Assembly (NCBI GenBank): GCA_964291215.2 | Contig: OZ219790.1 | Coordinates: 2,304,001-2,368,000 of the forward strand | Reading direction: 5' to 3' | Source: Alphaproteobacteria bacterium | GTDB lineage: Bacteria; Pseudomonadota; Alphaproteobacteria; MPNO01; UBA830 | Length of the DNA stretch: 64,000 bases | Shown: one piece after another, positions 1 to 11,061 of the stretch | How positions within the stretch are numbered: the first letter of the stretch is position 1 | Layout of the letters: every line of letters begins with the position of its first letter | Notes under the pieces: model-generated | Seen by the model: the letters and a program-made list of their open reading frames with translations, nothing else | Told to the model about the DNA's origin: nothing | The model's database searches: none | Position numbers and translations under genes: made by a program

Positions 1-350
1 CGGCTCGAACGGGGTCCGGCTGTGGAAGGTCGAACTGCAGAAGCTCGCCAGGGAACTCGGCCTCGAGATCATGGTCTGCCGCCCGGCACCAGCAAATGGA
101 ACCGCACATCGCCTGTTCTCGTTCATCAGCCAGAACTGGCGCGGCAAGCCGCTGCGCAGCCTCGCCGCCATCGTCAGCCTGATCAGCGCAACCACCACCG
201 AAGCCGGCCTCAAGGTCTATTATCCGAAGGGAATCAAGGATGCCGAGATAAAGGCTCTCGACATCAGGTGCGCAAAATTCCAGGGCGAGTGGAACTATTC
301 ACTCTTGCCAACACCCGATACAGACGCCGTTGTTTCGTGACGGAACCTTA
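1..350 (+). mobile_element. ISAzo13-family transposase remnant (3' part, frameshifted; runs off the window start)
   Basis: Motifs PPGTSKWN / HRLFSFISQNWRGKPL / YPKGIK / GEWNY are split over two frames (ORFs 22..351 and 71..340). Confidence 0.8.
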
Positions 351-1423
351 GGGCGGCAGCACCGGGTGAGAGTCTCGTATGGCACAGTTGCAGGCTCAGT
401 ACCATTTGTTCATCTCACAGTGCCGGGGTGTGATTTGGGCTGATGTTGTCGTTGGCTGGTGCGTCGTCTGCACCGATCATGGCCGTCCACGCGCTCTCGA
501 AGCGGCCGGATTCGAGCAGGGCGCGGAAGGTGATTGTCCGCCGACGATGCGCCAGCGCATGCCGGAGCGTTTCATGCGCTGTGTGACGAGGCTCTTGTTT
601 GCCGCCTCGACAATTCCCGAGCCGATTGCTTCAGCGCGTGGTAGCGCATGCGGTGGCAATGCTTGCGAAAGAAGGACAGTTCCCTGTCGGCCCGTTGGCG
701 CCGCGGTGTCGCGAAGGTGGCGCAGCGCCCGGATCACCCTGTCGATGCCGCGGGGGTCGTGACGCAGGATCTCGCGGTACTTCTCGAACCAGTGGGGTGC
801 CGCTGCATGGTCGGCCGCCACGCGCGGATGCTCGCAGGCATGCCAGAAGTCGATCATCTCGGTTTCGGGCTCGAGACCCCCGAGGAAGGTCCAGTTGTCG
901 GCGGCGGTGCTGATCTCGGGACGCCTCCGCCTGATATGCGCGACTTCGCTTGCAAGCTGCGCCTTCAGCGTGCACTTTCGGCCCTCGGGTATGCGGCCGA
1001 GACAGACGGTCTTCAGGCGCTCACCGTCGGCGTCGTGGAAGGAGACCGTGCCACAGGCAGCCTCGCGCCAGCAGGCCTCGGAACGGCCGTCCTCGCCGGC
1101 CCGCCACCATGACACCGTCCAGCGAGGCGGTGACCGCGTCCTGCGGGATGTCATCCGCTTCCCGGATGTCGGGGCCGAGACTTTCCCGGCGCTCCTGCAT
1201 GGTCAGGCGCTGCAAGGTGCTCACAGACGGCGTCATGGCGCCGAGCTTGCCGAAGAACGCCTCCGCTGCCGCCCATCATCATCAGCCCAAGCCGCCGGCC
1301 GTGTCAGGTAGTCGTCGACGAGGCTTTCGTCCACCAGCATCAGCGACCGGCAGCGCGCGCCGGTGCGGTAGCGCGCACGCCGAAAGGTCACCGGGCGAGG
1401 TCATCATCGTCTTCGGCGCCACA

Positions 1424-4400
1424 GTTGCGGTAGGGATGCGCATTGCTGCGCACCCCCCGCACAGATCCAGACTTGGACGTTAATCCATCCGGCCTCGGGT
1501 GCTTGACGGTAAACCGCTGGTCCGGCCATGGGTGGCGGATGGGCGGCCAAAGAAGCTCGGTCATGCGCTCCAGTCGCTTCCAGTCAAAACGGTGGCGCCG
1601 GGAGCGGCGGCGGATCGCTCGCATCCACAGGCGTTGCAGCCTGTGGCGGAACGTGTGCAGCCATCGGCCTGGGACGGCGAAGTAGTTGAACCAGCCCTGA
1701 CAGACCCGCCGACCTCCCATATGTCGTGATGCCGTCGATTGCGAAGCACCTCCTCGATGCGGCGACCCGTTTTGCGACCGAGCCTGAAGCGTCCTCTCCG
1801 GGTCTCCGTGCAGAAGTGCGTGAAGCCCAGGAAGTCGAACCCGCCCCCCGCCCAAACTCGACGATTGTCCGGGTGAAGGGTGAGACCAAAGCGGCCTCTC
1901 CCGAACGTCGCGAAGGTATGTCTCCGCATCCCGCTGGAACCCGACCACAATATCGTCCCGGACAATGATCGCTTGACCGTTCGGAACCTTCGGACGCCTT
2001 GTGAAACCACAGATCGAGCACATGAAAACACGTTCGCAGCGGCTGGCACCCTGAGGCGTGCCCGCACCGGTGTCGCTCCATGACGCCAGCGTTCAGCCAC
2101 TTGCGGATCAGCACCCGCCTGTCGCGATGCTCCAGGAACTTGATCAACCAATCCCCGTGTCGAAGTACGCCTGAATGTCCGCGTCGGCTATCCAGTTGAC
2201 CTTGCGCCGCTCGACGCCAGGGCGTCGAGAGCGTCCCTCGGTCGAAACCCGTAGCCAAGGAACTCCACCTCATGAATCGGTGTCAGGATCACATCCACAA
2301 CCGCCTTCTGAACGATCTTGTCCTCCAGTGCAGCAAGCGGTCGTGTCCCGGTATCTCAACCCGCCGGCAGCGCCCGGTACGCTCCCCCACGATGCAGGCG
2401 CGAGTGCAGATCGAGCAAGCGCTCGTCCAGACCCTCGCCGTCGACACCTGCCGAGGCTTCCTTCTTCAGACCGGCCGCCCGAAGCGCATCCGGCGTGAGA
2501 GTGCACGCTCCTTCGGGTTCCTCTCTGCAGCTCCGGTCCGCCGCCTGTGGCGCCCGACACTGCGTTCGGTGCGTGCTTTGGCGTCCCGGATTCTCCTTGG
2601 TCGAGGCCCTTTCCTCCAGCGGCTCCGCAGAAGCTCCCTTGTTCGCCGCCTTCACAGGGCCCCTTCTTCGAACCGTTCCTCACAGGCTTTCTCCTTTCCC
2701 TGCACGGTCCCGACAGGCGGGATAGTTCGAAGACCTCCCGGGGTTCCAGGCGTGCGGACGGGTTCTCTGACACCGCGGGGTTCATCTCACCATAGCGATG
2801 CCTGCGATGTTGCCTTCGACCGAGCCTCGGCACCCCGAACCATGAGCTTTTCGGTGCTCATTAGCCCAAAGTTCCAGAAAATTCCGGTTGAAATGCACGT
2901 CAAGTCATTGATGCTGCATGGTTTATCGGATTTTTCGTGCGTCATATTGTACCCATGTAATATTATGTTGGATGCTTGACATCCATGGATCTACCGCCTA
3001 TAGTCATGTATATCGAATCCATCCCCAACCGCTCGTCCCCGCCCGCCACCCTGCTCCGCGAGTCCTGCCGCGAAGCCGGAACGGTCAAGAAGCGCACCCT
3101 CGCCAACCTTTCCAAGCCCGCTCTCATCGAGGGATTGCGCATTCTGCTCAAGGGAGGAACCGCAGGTCTCGACGACGCCTCGTCCGCTCTCTTCCCCATG
3201 TCGCCACGGTGCTGGGAACCCTGAAGAAACTGGACCGGCGGATCGACCCGAAGCCTTCTCCCGAGCGCGATCAGGTTCTCGCCATGATCGTGGCACGCAT
3301 CCTTGAGCCCGCCTCGAAGCTGGCCAGGGGGCTGGCGACAGCGGTCAGCACCTTGATGCGGAGTTGGACGAGAATGCCCTCTACGGCTCCTGGAACGTCA
3401 GGAGAAGATCCCCTGGCGGCACCTCGAAGAGGGCTGCCTGGTGCTCCTGACTTCCGTGTGGATGGAGGGGAGAGCATGCCCCTTGGCTCAACGGGGTCAT
3501 TCCCGGGATGGCAAGAAGGGCAAGCTGCAGTCGGCCTTCTGTGCGACCGGGACGGGTGTCGGTGCGGGTGTTCCCCGACAACACCCGGCCACGGTGTCCT
3601 CACAGATCGCCACGCTGCGGGAGCGGTTCTCCTTTGCAAAGGTGGTGGGGGACCGAGGCCCGCGAGGAGGTCAAGCCTGCGGGCCAGCGCCTTGAGGGGC
3701 ATCCGTTCCCTGGTGGAGGCCGGCGACGATGTCGCTCTTCGACGAGAGAGACCTGGTGGAGATCACCAGCAATGCGTATCCCGGCGAACGCCTCTGCCGC
3801 AACCCCCTGCTGGATCGGGCTCGCAAGCGCCAGGAACTGCTCGAGGCCACCGAGGCTCGCACCGATTGCCGCAGCGACGCGACAAGCGCCGGGAAGATCG
3901 GGGAGCGGAAGGTCATCGGCAGGATGGCGAAGCACTTCACGTGGTCCATCGACGATGACGGTGTCTTCACCTATGGGCGCGATGAGGCTGCGATCGCTGC
4001 CGAGGCCAGGCTCCTCTACGTGGTCCGCCTGCCGCAGAGCGAGCTCGACGGTCCCGCGCGCCTACAAGCGGCTGAGCTCCGTGGAACGGGCCTTCCGCAG
4101 CCTCAAGGACCTGAAGGTCCGTCCCGTCTACCCGAACCCCGAGTCCGCGTCTTCCTGTGCATGCTCGCCTACTACGTCGAATGGCACATGCGACTGAAGC
4201 CCATGCTGTTCGACGACGAGGATGCCGAAGGCGGCCGTCCGTCGTGGCGCCGGCAGAAGTCTCGGCGAGCGCCCGGGCCAAGGCGACAACGAAGAGGACG
4301 CCCGGAGGGGGCACAGCTTCCGCACCCTCATCGGCGATCTTGCGACCCGCAACACCGTGGCGCTCCGCCTTGCGGGCGCCGAACCCTTCCAGGTCACCAC

Positions 4401-4769
4401 ACGGCCCACGCCGCTCCAGAGAAGGGCATTCAAGCTCCTGGGCGTGAAGCCATAGTGTACCGAGACCGCTGAAATGTATCGAATGTCATTTCTATCAGAT
4501 ACTTAGGCCTGATCGGCTCTGGAACTTCGGCCTAGTGTACCCTGGGCGTGAAGCCCTGGTGTACCCAGACCGCTGAAATTTATTGAATGTGATTTCTATC
4601 AGGCACTTACGTCTGATCTGCTCTGGAACTTCGGATTAGCCCTGCCCCCGCTACCGACGCTTCGCCTGCCCCCTCGCGGGAACCGACGCTCGCGGAGAAA
4701 CGCGGGTTGGTTACTCCTTCGTTTCAGGGGACTTTCACCCCCTACCTTCTGCCAGTTCGCCTGGCACAC
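1424..4769 (-). mobile_element. Group II intron 1 with degenerate RT/maturase ORF (~1480-2660), interrupted by IS1634
   Basis: Minus strand begins GTGTGCCAGG at 4769 and ends in a domain V/VI-like sequence ...GGATCTGTGCGGGGGGTGCGCAGCAATGCGCATCCCTACCGCAAC at 1424. RT remnants LIRKWLNAGVME, IIVR-DDIVVGFQ, FDFLGFTH, QGWFNYFAVPG. Removing it restores the host IS. Confidence 0.88.
2866..4634 (+). mobile_element. IS1634-family element, transposase pseudogene (~3007-4455)
   Basis: N-terminus MYIESIPNRSSPPATLLRES..KRTLANLS, plus RGHSRDGKKGKLQ and VERAFRSLK. IRs CCAAAGTTCCAGA (2866) / TCTGGAACTTCGG (ends 4634). 6-bp TSD ATTAGC at 2860-2865 and 4635-4640. Confidence 0.9.
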
Positions 4770-5312
4770 CGAAACCATCTCTGCCCGTCCCACTCGATCC
4801 GGGGCGCACCGTCGTCCCGGGCCTCGGCACCTAGGATCTCGCAGCGCGTACACGCTCTCACGCACCCGTCGCTCCGTTTCCTCAAAGGCCTCGGCAGAGC
4901 GCTGCGAACCGAGTTGCCGATGACAAACCGCGGTTATCTGCGTGACCGCCTCGACAACCCGAGGCGGCAAGCCAGAAATATCGATCGACGCGGAAGGCTG
5001 CGAAACTGACATGCGAGCGCTCCTGATGCTGTGGATTGTCTCCAATATCATATCGCATCTTGCGGTGCAGAACGTTCCCACCTCCACCGCTCGGCCCGTG
5101 ACAAAATCCTGTCCTGAAACGGGCGATTGTCACGAAAACCCGTTTTCGCCGCTGCTTCGCGACCACACAACCCTGTTAAATCAATGATTTGCATTCGCCA
5201 TGCGAGAACTGTACCCGCAGCACCCCTTCCCGACGGCCGCCATGGTTTGCGGCCCGCCAGGCAATTCCCTATGGTTGACCAGATCAAGCATGTCATCACA
5301 GGGAGAAAAACC

Positions 5313-6320
5313 ATGCGGACAAGGCAAGCAACCTTGACCAAATGCGGCATCGTGGCAACGGCCGTGGCGGCGATCGGACTGTCGACGGGCGCGTACGCCG
5401 CCTGCGGTAAGGTCACCATTGCGAACATGACTTGGGCGTCGGCGTCAGTGGCGGCGCATGTCGAGAATACCATCCTCTCGAAGGGGTATGGCTGCGAATC
5501 CGAGCTCGTTCCCGGCGATACGGTGCCGACCGTGACCTCGATGTCAGAGAAGGGTGAACCGGACATCGCCCCTGAAGTGTGGATCAACTCGGCCCGCGAG
5601 GTCGTCGAGAAGGCGGTTGCCGAGGGACGCCTCAAGGTCGCCGGCGAGATTCTGAGCGACGGCGGCGAGGAAGGCTGGTTCGTTCCCAAATACCTGGTCG
5701 ACGCCAACCCCGGGCTCACGACACTGCAGGCGGTCCTCGAGCGGTCGGACCTGTTCCCGGACAAGGAAGAACCGGGCAAGGGCCGTTTCTACACCTGCCC
5801 CCCCGGTTGGGCGTGCGAGATCATCAACAAGAACCTGTACAAGGCCTACGGTCTCGACAAGGCCGGGTTCACGCTGTTCAATCCGGGTTCCGGCGAGGGC
5901 CTCGCAGCCGCCATCGACCGCGCGAACACGCGCAAGCTCCCGATCTTCACCTACTACTGGGCGCCGACCGCGCTGATGGGCCGACACCCCATGGTCAAGC
6001 TCGGCGGCATGAATCATGATCCCAAGACTTGGAGCTGCGTGACCAGTAAGGACTGCGCCGATCCGAAGCCCAACATGTATCCGAAATCCGTCGTGCTCAC
6101 GGTGGTGACATCGAGCTTCGCCAAGAAGGCGCCGGAGGCGTTCAAGTTCGTCTCCTCGGTGTCCTGGCCGAACCAGGTCGTGAACAAGGTTCTCGCGTGG
6201 AAGGACAAGAATCAGGCCAACAACGAGGAAACCGCGAACTACTTCCTCAAGAGCCACGAGTCCGTATGGACGAAATGGGTGCCCGCGGATGTCGCAGCCA
6301 AGGTCAAGGCGGGCCTCTGA
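5313..6320 (+). CDS. proX: Glycine betaine/proline-family ABC transporter substrate-binding protein
   Basis: Signal peptide; motifs MTWASA, PDIAPEVW, EEGWFVP, CPPGWACE, YYWAPT; GGGAG RBS before the ATG at 5313. Confidence 0.85.
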   Translation: MRTRQATLTKCGIVATAVAAIGLSTGAYAACGKVTIANMTWASASVAAHVENTILSKGYGCESELVPGDTVPTVTSMSEKGEPDIAPEVWINSAREVVEKAVAEGRLKVAGEILSDGGEEGWFVPKYLVDANPGLTTLQAVLERSDLFPDKEEPGKGRFYTCPPGWACEIINKNLYKAYGLDKAGFTLFNPGSGEGLAAAIDRANTRKLPIFTYYWAPTALMGRHPMVKLGGMNHDPKTWSCVTSKDCADPKPNMYPKSVVLTVVTSSFAKKAPEAFKFVSSVSWPNQVVNKVLAWKDKNQANNEETANYFLKSHESVWTKWVPADVAAKVKAGL

Positions 6321-6359
6321 TCCTGACCGGAGGCCGCGCCGCAACCCGCGCTCCCGATC

Positions 6360-7247
6360 ATGGCCGACTGGCTGCAGCAGTTTCCGACGCTCGATGCCGC
6401 CGTCCTGCGTGCGCTTGAGAAGTCGATCGACGCCGGCTACCGGACCTTTTCGAGGAACTATGGCGACGCAATCGAGGGGTTTTTCGATCCGCTGCTCTAT
6501 TTCCTGATCTGGTTCGAACGCCTGCTGCTCCACTCGCCGTGGTGGCTGGTGATCGGTGTGATCCTCGGGCTCTGCCTGGCCGCCAGCCGCAAGATCTTCC
6601 TGACGATCGGGGTGGCGGCGGCCTTCCTCCTGATCGGCTTCCTCGGCATGTGGGACGACACGATGCGCACGCTCGCGATCATCTTCGTGTCCTCCCTCAT
6701 CGCCATAGCAATCGGCATTCCGCTCGGAATTCTGATGTCGCGCACGCATGGCGCGCAGGCGGTCATGACGCCAATCCTCGACGTCATGCAGACGATGCCG
6801 ATCTTCGTCTACCTGATCCCGGTGGTAATGCTGTTCGGCCTCGGCAAGGTGCCGGGGCTGATCGCCGTCGTCATCTATGCGGTGCCGCCGGTCATCCGCC
6901 TGACCAATCTCGGAATCCGGCTGGTTGACGCCGAGGTACTCGAGGCGGCGGACGCGTTCGGCGTCGATCCGTGGCGACGTCTGGTCGGCGTGCAACTGCC
7001 GCTGGCGCTGCCGAACATCATGGCAGGTATAAACCAGACCATAATGATGGCGCTGTCGATGGTGGTGATCGCATCGATGATCGGCGTCAAGGGCCTGGGC
7101 CAGCCGGTGCTCCAGGCGGTGACCAACCAGTACTTTGCGCTCGGTTTGTTCAACGGTACGGCGGTGGTAGCGCTGGCGATCGTCTTCGACCGGGTAACCC
7201 AGAGCTACGGCCGGCGCATCCAGGAAAACCGGCAGGCGCGCTCATGA
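6360..7247 (+). CDS. proW: Glycine betaine/proline ABC transporter permease
   Basis: PILDVMQTMPIFVYLIP, IRLTNLGIR, EAADAFG (EAA loop), GINQTIMMALSMVVIASMIG. Confidence 0.9.
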   Translation: MADWLQQFPTLDAAVLRALEKSIDAGYRTFSRNYGDAIEGFFDPLLYFLIWFERLLLHSPWWLVIGVILGLCLAASRKIFLTIGVAAAFLLIGFLGMWDDTMRTLAIIFVSSLIAIAIGIPLGILMSRTHGAQAVMTPILDVMQTMPIFVYLIPVVMLFGLGKVPGLIAVVIYAVPPVIRLTNLGIRLVDAEVLEAADAFGVDPWRRLVGVQLPLALPNIMAGINQTIMMALSMVVIASMIGVKGLGQPVLQAVTNQYFALGLFNGTAVVALAIVFDRVTQSYGRRIQENRQARS

Positions 7248-8350
7248 CCGACGCCCCGGCAATCAGGATCCGCGATCTCAGCAAGGTCTTCGGCGACAAC
7301 GCCCAGGAGATGATGCCTCTGGTGCACGACGGCATCTCGAAACAGGAACTTCTCGAAGCGCATGGCCATGTGCTCGGCCTGCGCGATATCAAACTCGACA
7401 TCGCGCCACGCAGCATCCAGGTCGTCATGGGACTTAGCGGATCCGGCAAGTCGACCCTGGTCCGGCACGTCAACCGGCTGATTGACCCCACCGAGGGCGA
7501 GGTCAGGGTCGACGACGAGAACGTGCTCGATCTCGACCGCGTGGCGCTCAGGCAGTTCCGCCGTCACCGCATCAGCATGGTGTTCCAGCGTTTCGCGCTG
7601 TTCCCCCACCGCACGGTCATGGAGAACGTGGAATATGGCCTGTCAATCCAGCGGCTGGCGCGCAAGGAGCGGCGCGACCGTACCGCCCGGTGGGTCGACC
7701 GCGTCGGGCTCGGCGGCTACGAGGACTCCTATCCGCACCACCTCTCGGGCGGCATGCAGCAGCGGGTTGGTCTCGCGCGCGCGCTCGCGACAGACGCCGA
7801 GATCCTGCTCATGGACGAAGCCTTCAGCGCCCTCGACCCCCTGATTCGCGCCGACATGCGGACGTTGCTGCTCGAACTGCAGGCCGAGCTCCACAAGACG
7901 ATCGTGTTCGTCACCCACGATCTCGAGGAGGCGATCGAGATTGGCGACCGCATCGCGATCCTGCGCGACGGCGAGGTCATCCAGAACGATAATGCGCAGG
8001 ACGTCATCCTCAATCCGGCCGACGACTACATTTCCGACTTCACCCGCAACATCCACCGCGGACGCGTGCTCGTCGTCGGCTCGATCATGCAGCCGCTGCG
8101 GCCGGGACTCGAGCCGCCGCCCGAATGCCCGGCCGAGTTGACGCTCGAAGAGGCCCTGCCCGTGGTAACGACCGCGCCCGGCGAAGAATGCTGCGTGGTC
8201 GATCGCGACGGCAAGCCGGTCGGAATGGTCTCGACCATCGGGTTGATGCTGGCGCTGGCCGGACAGCAGGAGGACGCGGCAACGGGTGGCAACGGTCATG
8301 ATGCTGCAGCCAACGGCGCCACAGGGGCCAACGGCAGCCCTCGGACGTGA
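7244..8350 (+). CDS. proV: Glycine betaine/proline ABC transporter ATP-binding protein with CBS tail
   Basis: Walker A GLSGSGKS, signature LSGGMQQRVGLARAL, MDEAFSALDPLIR; ATGA overlap with proW. Confidence 0.9.
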   Translation: MTDAPAIRIRDLSKVFGDNAQEMMPLVHDGISKQELLEAHGHVLGLRDIKLDIAPRSIQVVMGLSGSGKSTLVRHVNRLIDPTEGEVRVDDENVLDLDRVALRQFRRHRISMVFQRFALFPHRTVMENVEYGLSIQRLARKERRDRTARWVDRVGLGGYEDSYPHHLSGGMQQRVGLARALATDAEILLMDEAFSALDPLIRADMRTLLLELQAELHKTIVFVTHDLEEAIEIGDRIAILRDGEVIQNDNAQDVILNPADDYISDFTRNIHRGRVLVVGSIMQPLRPGLEPPPECPAELTLEEALPVVTTAPGEECCVVDRDGKPVGMVSTIGLMLALAGQQEDAATGGNGHDAAANGATGANGSPRT

Positions 8351-8380
8351 CATGTCCGAAATGCCGGCCCGAGCGGCACC

Positions 8381-9616
8381 ATGGATAACACAGCTTCCCG
8401 CGCCAGCCCGATAGACGGCCGCTACGCCTGGTTCCGGCTCGGCCTGTCGACGCTGCTCGGGACCATCGGCAGCGCCGGTTTCTGGGCCGTCGTGGTCGTG
8501 CTGCCGGCGGTGCAGGAGGAATTCGCCACCGACCGCGCCGGCGCGACCGTTTCCTACACGCTGACCATGGTCGGCTTCGCGCTGGGCAATGTACTGCTCG
8601 GGCGCGTCGTCGACCGGTTCGGGATCGTCCTGCCCCTGGTCGCCACGTCCCTCGCCCTCGCCATCGGGTTTGCCGGTGCCGCGATGGCCACAGCATTCTG
8701 GCAGTTCGCACTGATCCAGGGCATCCTGATCGGGATCGGCTCGGCCGGCACCTTCGGCCCGCTGCTCGCGGACGTGTCGCACTGGTTTCGCCGGCGCCGC
8801 GGAATCGCGGTCGCGCTGACCGCCTGTGGCAACTATTTTGGCGGCGCGCTGTGGCCCCTCGTCATTCGTGTCTTTCTCGAGATCGATGGCTGGCGGGCCT
8901 CCTATCTGGCGATCAGCGCCGTCTGCCTGCTCGTGATGGTGCCGCTGTCGCTGTGCCTGCGCCGCAAGCCGCCCGTCGCCGAAGCCGGCGGCGGAAGGAC
9001 ACCGAATGCAGGTCCCCTGCCGATCGCACTGTCCCAGCGCAACCTCATGGTTCTTCTTGCAGTAGCCGGAATCGGATGCTGCATCGCGATGTCGATGCCG
9101 CAGGTGCATATCGTCGCCTACTGCAGCGACCTCGGATACGGGATCGCGCGCGGCGCCGAGATGCTGTCCCTCATGCTGGCCGGCGGCGCCGTCAGCCGCA
9201 TCGCCTTCGGGTTCCTTGCCGACCGGATCGGAGGGGTGTGCACGCTCCTCTGCGGCTCCGTCCTGCAGTGCATCGCCCTGTTCTTCTTCCTGCCGTTCGA
9301 CGGGCTCGTGGCGCTCTATGCGGTGTCGCTGGCATTCGGGCTCGCCCAGGGCGGCATAGTTCCGTGCTACGCGATCATCGTCCGCGAATACATGCCCTGG
9401 CAGGTCGCCGGCCGGCGCGTCGGATTGCTGATCATGTCGACGATTGTCGGCATGGCGCTCGGCGGCTGGATGTCGGGCCGGATCTTCGACCTGACCGGTT
9501 CCTATCAAGCCGCGATCCTCAACGGAATCGCGTGGAATCTCGTCAATGTCGGCGTCATGATCCTGATCCTCACGCGAACGCGCGGCATCCACCGCGCCTC
9601 ACCCGCTATCGGCTGA
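8381..9616 (+). CDS. MFS transporter
   Basis: About 12 hydrophobic segments; motifs GRVVDRFG, WFRRRRG and GFLADRIG. Confidence 0.88.
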   Translation: MDNTASRASPIDGRYAWFRLGLSTLLGTIGSAGFWAVVVVLPAVQEEFATDRAGATVSYTLTMVGFALGNVLLGRVVDRFGIVLPLVATSLALAIGFAGAAMATAFWQFALIQGILIGIGSAGTFGPLLADVSHWFRRRRGIAVALTACGNYFGGALWPLVIRVFLEIDGWRASYLAISAVCLLVMVPLSLCLRRKPPVAEAGGGRTPNAGPLPIALSQRNLMVLLAVAGIGCCIAMSMPQVHIVAYCSDLGYGIARGAEMLSLMLAGGAVSRIAFGFLADRIGGVCTLLCGSVLQCIALFFFLPFDGLVALYAVSLAFGLAQGGIVPCYAIIVREYMPWQVAGRRVGLLIMSTIVGMALGGWMSGRIFDLTGSYQAAILNGIAWNLVNVGVMILILTRTRGIHRASPAIG

Positions 9617-9850
9617 CCGGATCCGCCTGCCCGCTCCGTCCACGCACGCGTTTCCGATGCCGGGACGAAGACGCCGGGGTTGTCGGCGTATCCCGCGGTC
9701 CGGGAGAGTTCCGGAAACCGCGGAATCGGCCCAATGCACGGGCGCACGGGACGGCCGCGGCGGCGTGCCCGCGGCGGCTTGACATCCGCATGCGACATGT
9801 ACATTTTCCGGGCGTCGTCATCGATCGGAATCGTGCGGTGGCCGGGACAT

Positions 9851-9926
9851 GGGGCCGTAGCTCAGTCGGGAGAGCGCAGCGTTCGCAATGCTGAGGTCAG
9901 GGGTTCGACTCCCCTCGGCTCCACCA
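9851..9926 (+). tRNA. tRNA-Ala (anticodon CGC)
   Basis: GGGGCCGTAGCTCAG...; anticodon arm CAGCG-TTCGCAA-TGCTG; T-loop GTTCGAC; encoded CCA; 76 nt. Confidence 0.95.
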
Positions 9927-10306
9927 TCCCTCTTCCGGACGTTCCCAAGACATCCACAACACCTGATAGTCGACGGCTTTCTCCGCAAGAGCTTCTTGAA
10001 TGCTCCTGCGCACGCGGTCCGTTCGAGTATCCCTGCCGCGGAAAATAGTTGCCGGCAGGCGCCGGTCTCGACCGCAGGAACCCTGGCCGGATCCTGCGGC
10101 TCCAAGTCAGCATGGAAACCTCGTCGTCGGCGAAAAACCCGACAAGGCGTCGGTCATCGGTGAGGAACCGGGACCGGCTCCACGACCGGATGACCGTGCC
10201 CGGTCGATGGCGCAGCGTTCGCCCGGCTCGACGCGCTATAGCAACCAGAGCAAATCGGCCCTGACCTCGAGGGCATCATCCGGAACCGTCGAAAACGAAA
10301 ATTTGT

Positions 10307-10339
10307 TGTGGATAAACATGTGGATGATTCTGTGTCTGA
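10307..10339. promoter_or_regulatory. DnaA-box-like cluster
   Basis: TGTGGATAA (10307, perfect), TGTGGATGA (10319) and TGTGTCTGA (10331) at 12-bp spacing. Confidence 0.4.
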
Positions 10340-10878
10340 CGACCACCGACGGGTTGTCTGTTGCGGCAGTGGCATCAAGGTTCATGTGAACCTTCCCGAA
10401 ACGCGGCAGTGTTCCACTCGCCGCGAAACGACTTTCTGCGGAAGATCGAGGCTCTTCATCTGATCGGCGCGGCCTTGGCCCCAAGCAGGCAGCGCGACAA
10501 ACCAAGCACCGCAACCCGCCGCAACGATTCGGGAGTGCTCTGTCCGGACTCGAATCCGGCACGACAACACCACCACATCGCGCAACGCGCGCGGGACATT
10601 CCGTGGCATCGCCAGCACCTGACAATCGACTGCCCGGACAGGCCGCTCCCGTCCGGAGAACGCGATGCGCCCGGTTTCGGCCCTTCCGCGTTTGCATCGC
10701 CGCGCCGGCTCCTGTAGGGTGCCTTGACATAAGAAAAGCGTTAGCCGCTGCCCGACGGCCTCCACAGGCTCCGACATGGCGAAGCGGCTGCGGTGCGGGA
10801 GGAATGCGTAGGCAGGTTCAGGCCAGCGCCGCAAGGGTGCAACGGTACCTTGTCGGGCAAATTAACGGGGAAAACGGG

Positions 10879-11061
10879 ATGATCAGCACACCGCCAGCGA
10901 CCTTCGAAACCGACGAGGCATCGGAAGAAGATGTCCGCGCCCATCATCACGTGCCGGGCGAACGGTCATGCCTGTCCTGCGGCGAGAAATTCATGAGCGA
11001 AGGCTGGCACAATCGCCTGTGCCTCAGGTGCCGCAAGCGCAGCGCGGCGGACTACTACTAA
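10879..11061 (+). CDS. Small (60 aa) zinc-ribbon-like protein
   Basis: CLSC-x-F-x-SEG-x-HNRLCLRC (two CxxC pairs); purine-rich upstream sequence. Confidence 0.6.
   Translation: MISTPPATFETDEASEEDVRAHHHVPGERSCLSCGEKFMSEGWHNRLCLRCRKRSAADYY

Larger units (their letters stand above)
364..5173 (-). mobile_element. ISKra4/ISLre2-like (UPF0236) IS, copy 1, degenerate, interrupted by a group II intron at 1424-4769
   Basis: Motifs EAACGTVSF, DFWHACEH and IGSGIVEAANKSLVTQRMKRSGMRW. Segments 364-1423 and 4770-5173 are colinear with the uninterrupted copy at 16696-18194. Imperfect terminal IRs GGGTGAGAGTCTCG / CGCGACCACACAACCC. Confidence 0.8.

Noticed and set aside
9851-9926. tRNA-Ala as an island integration site
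   Set aside because: No integrase nearby, and no convincing duplicate of the tRNA 3' end was seen in the window
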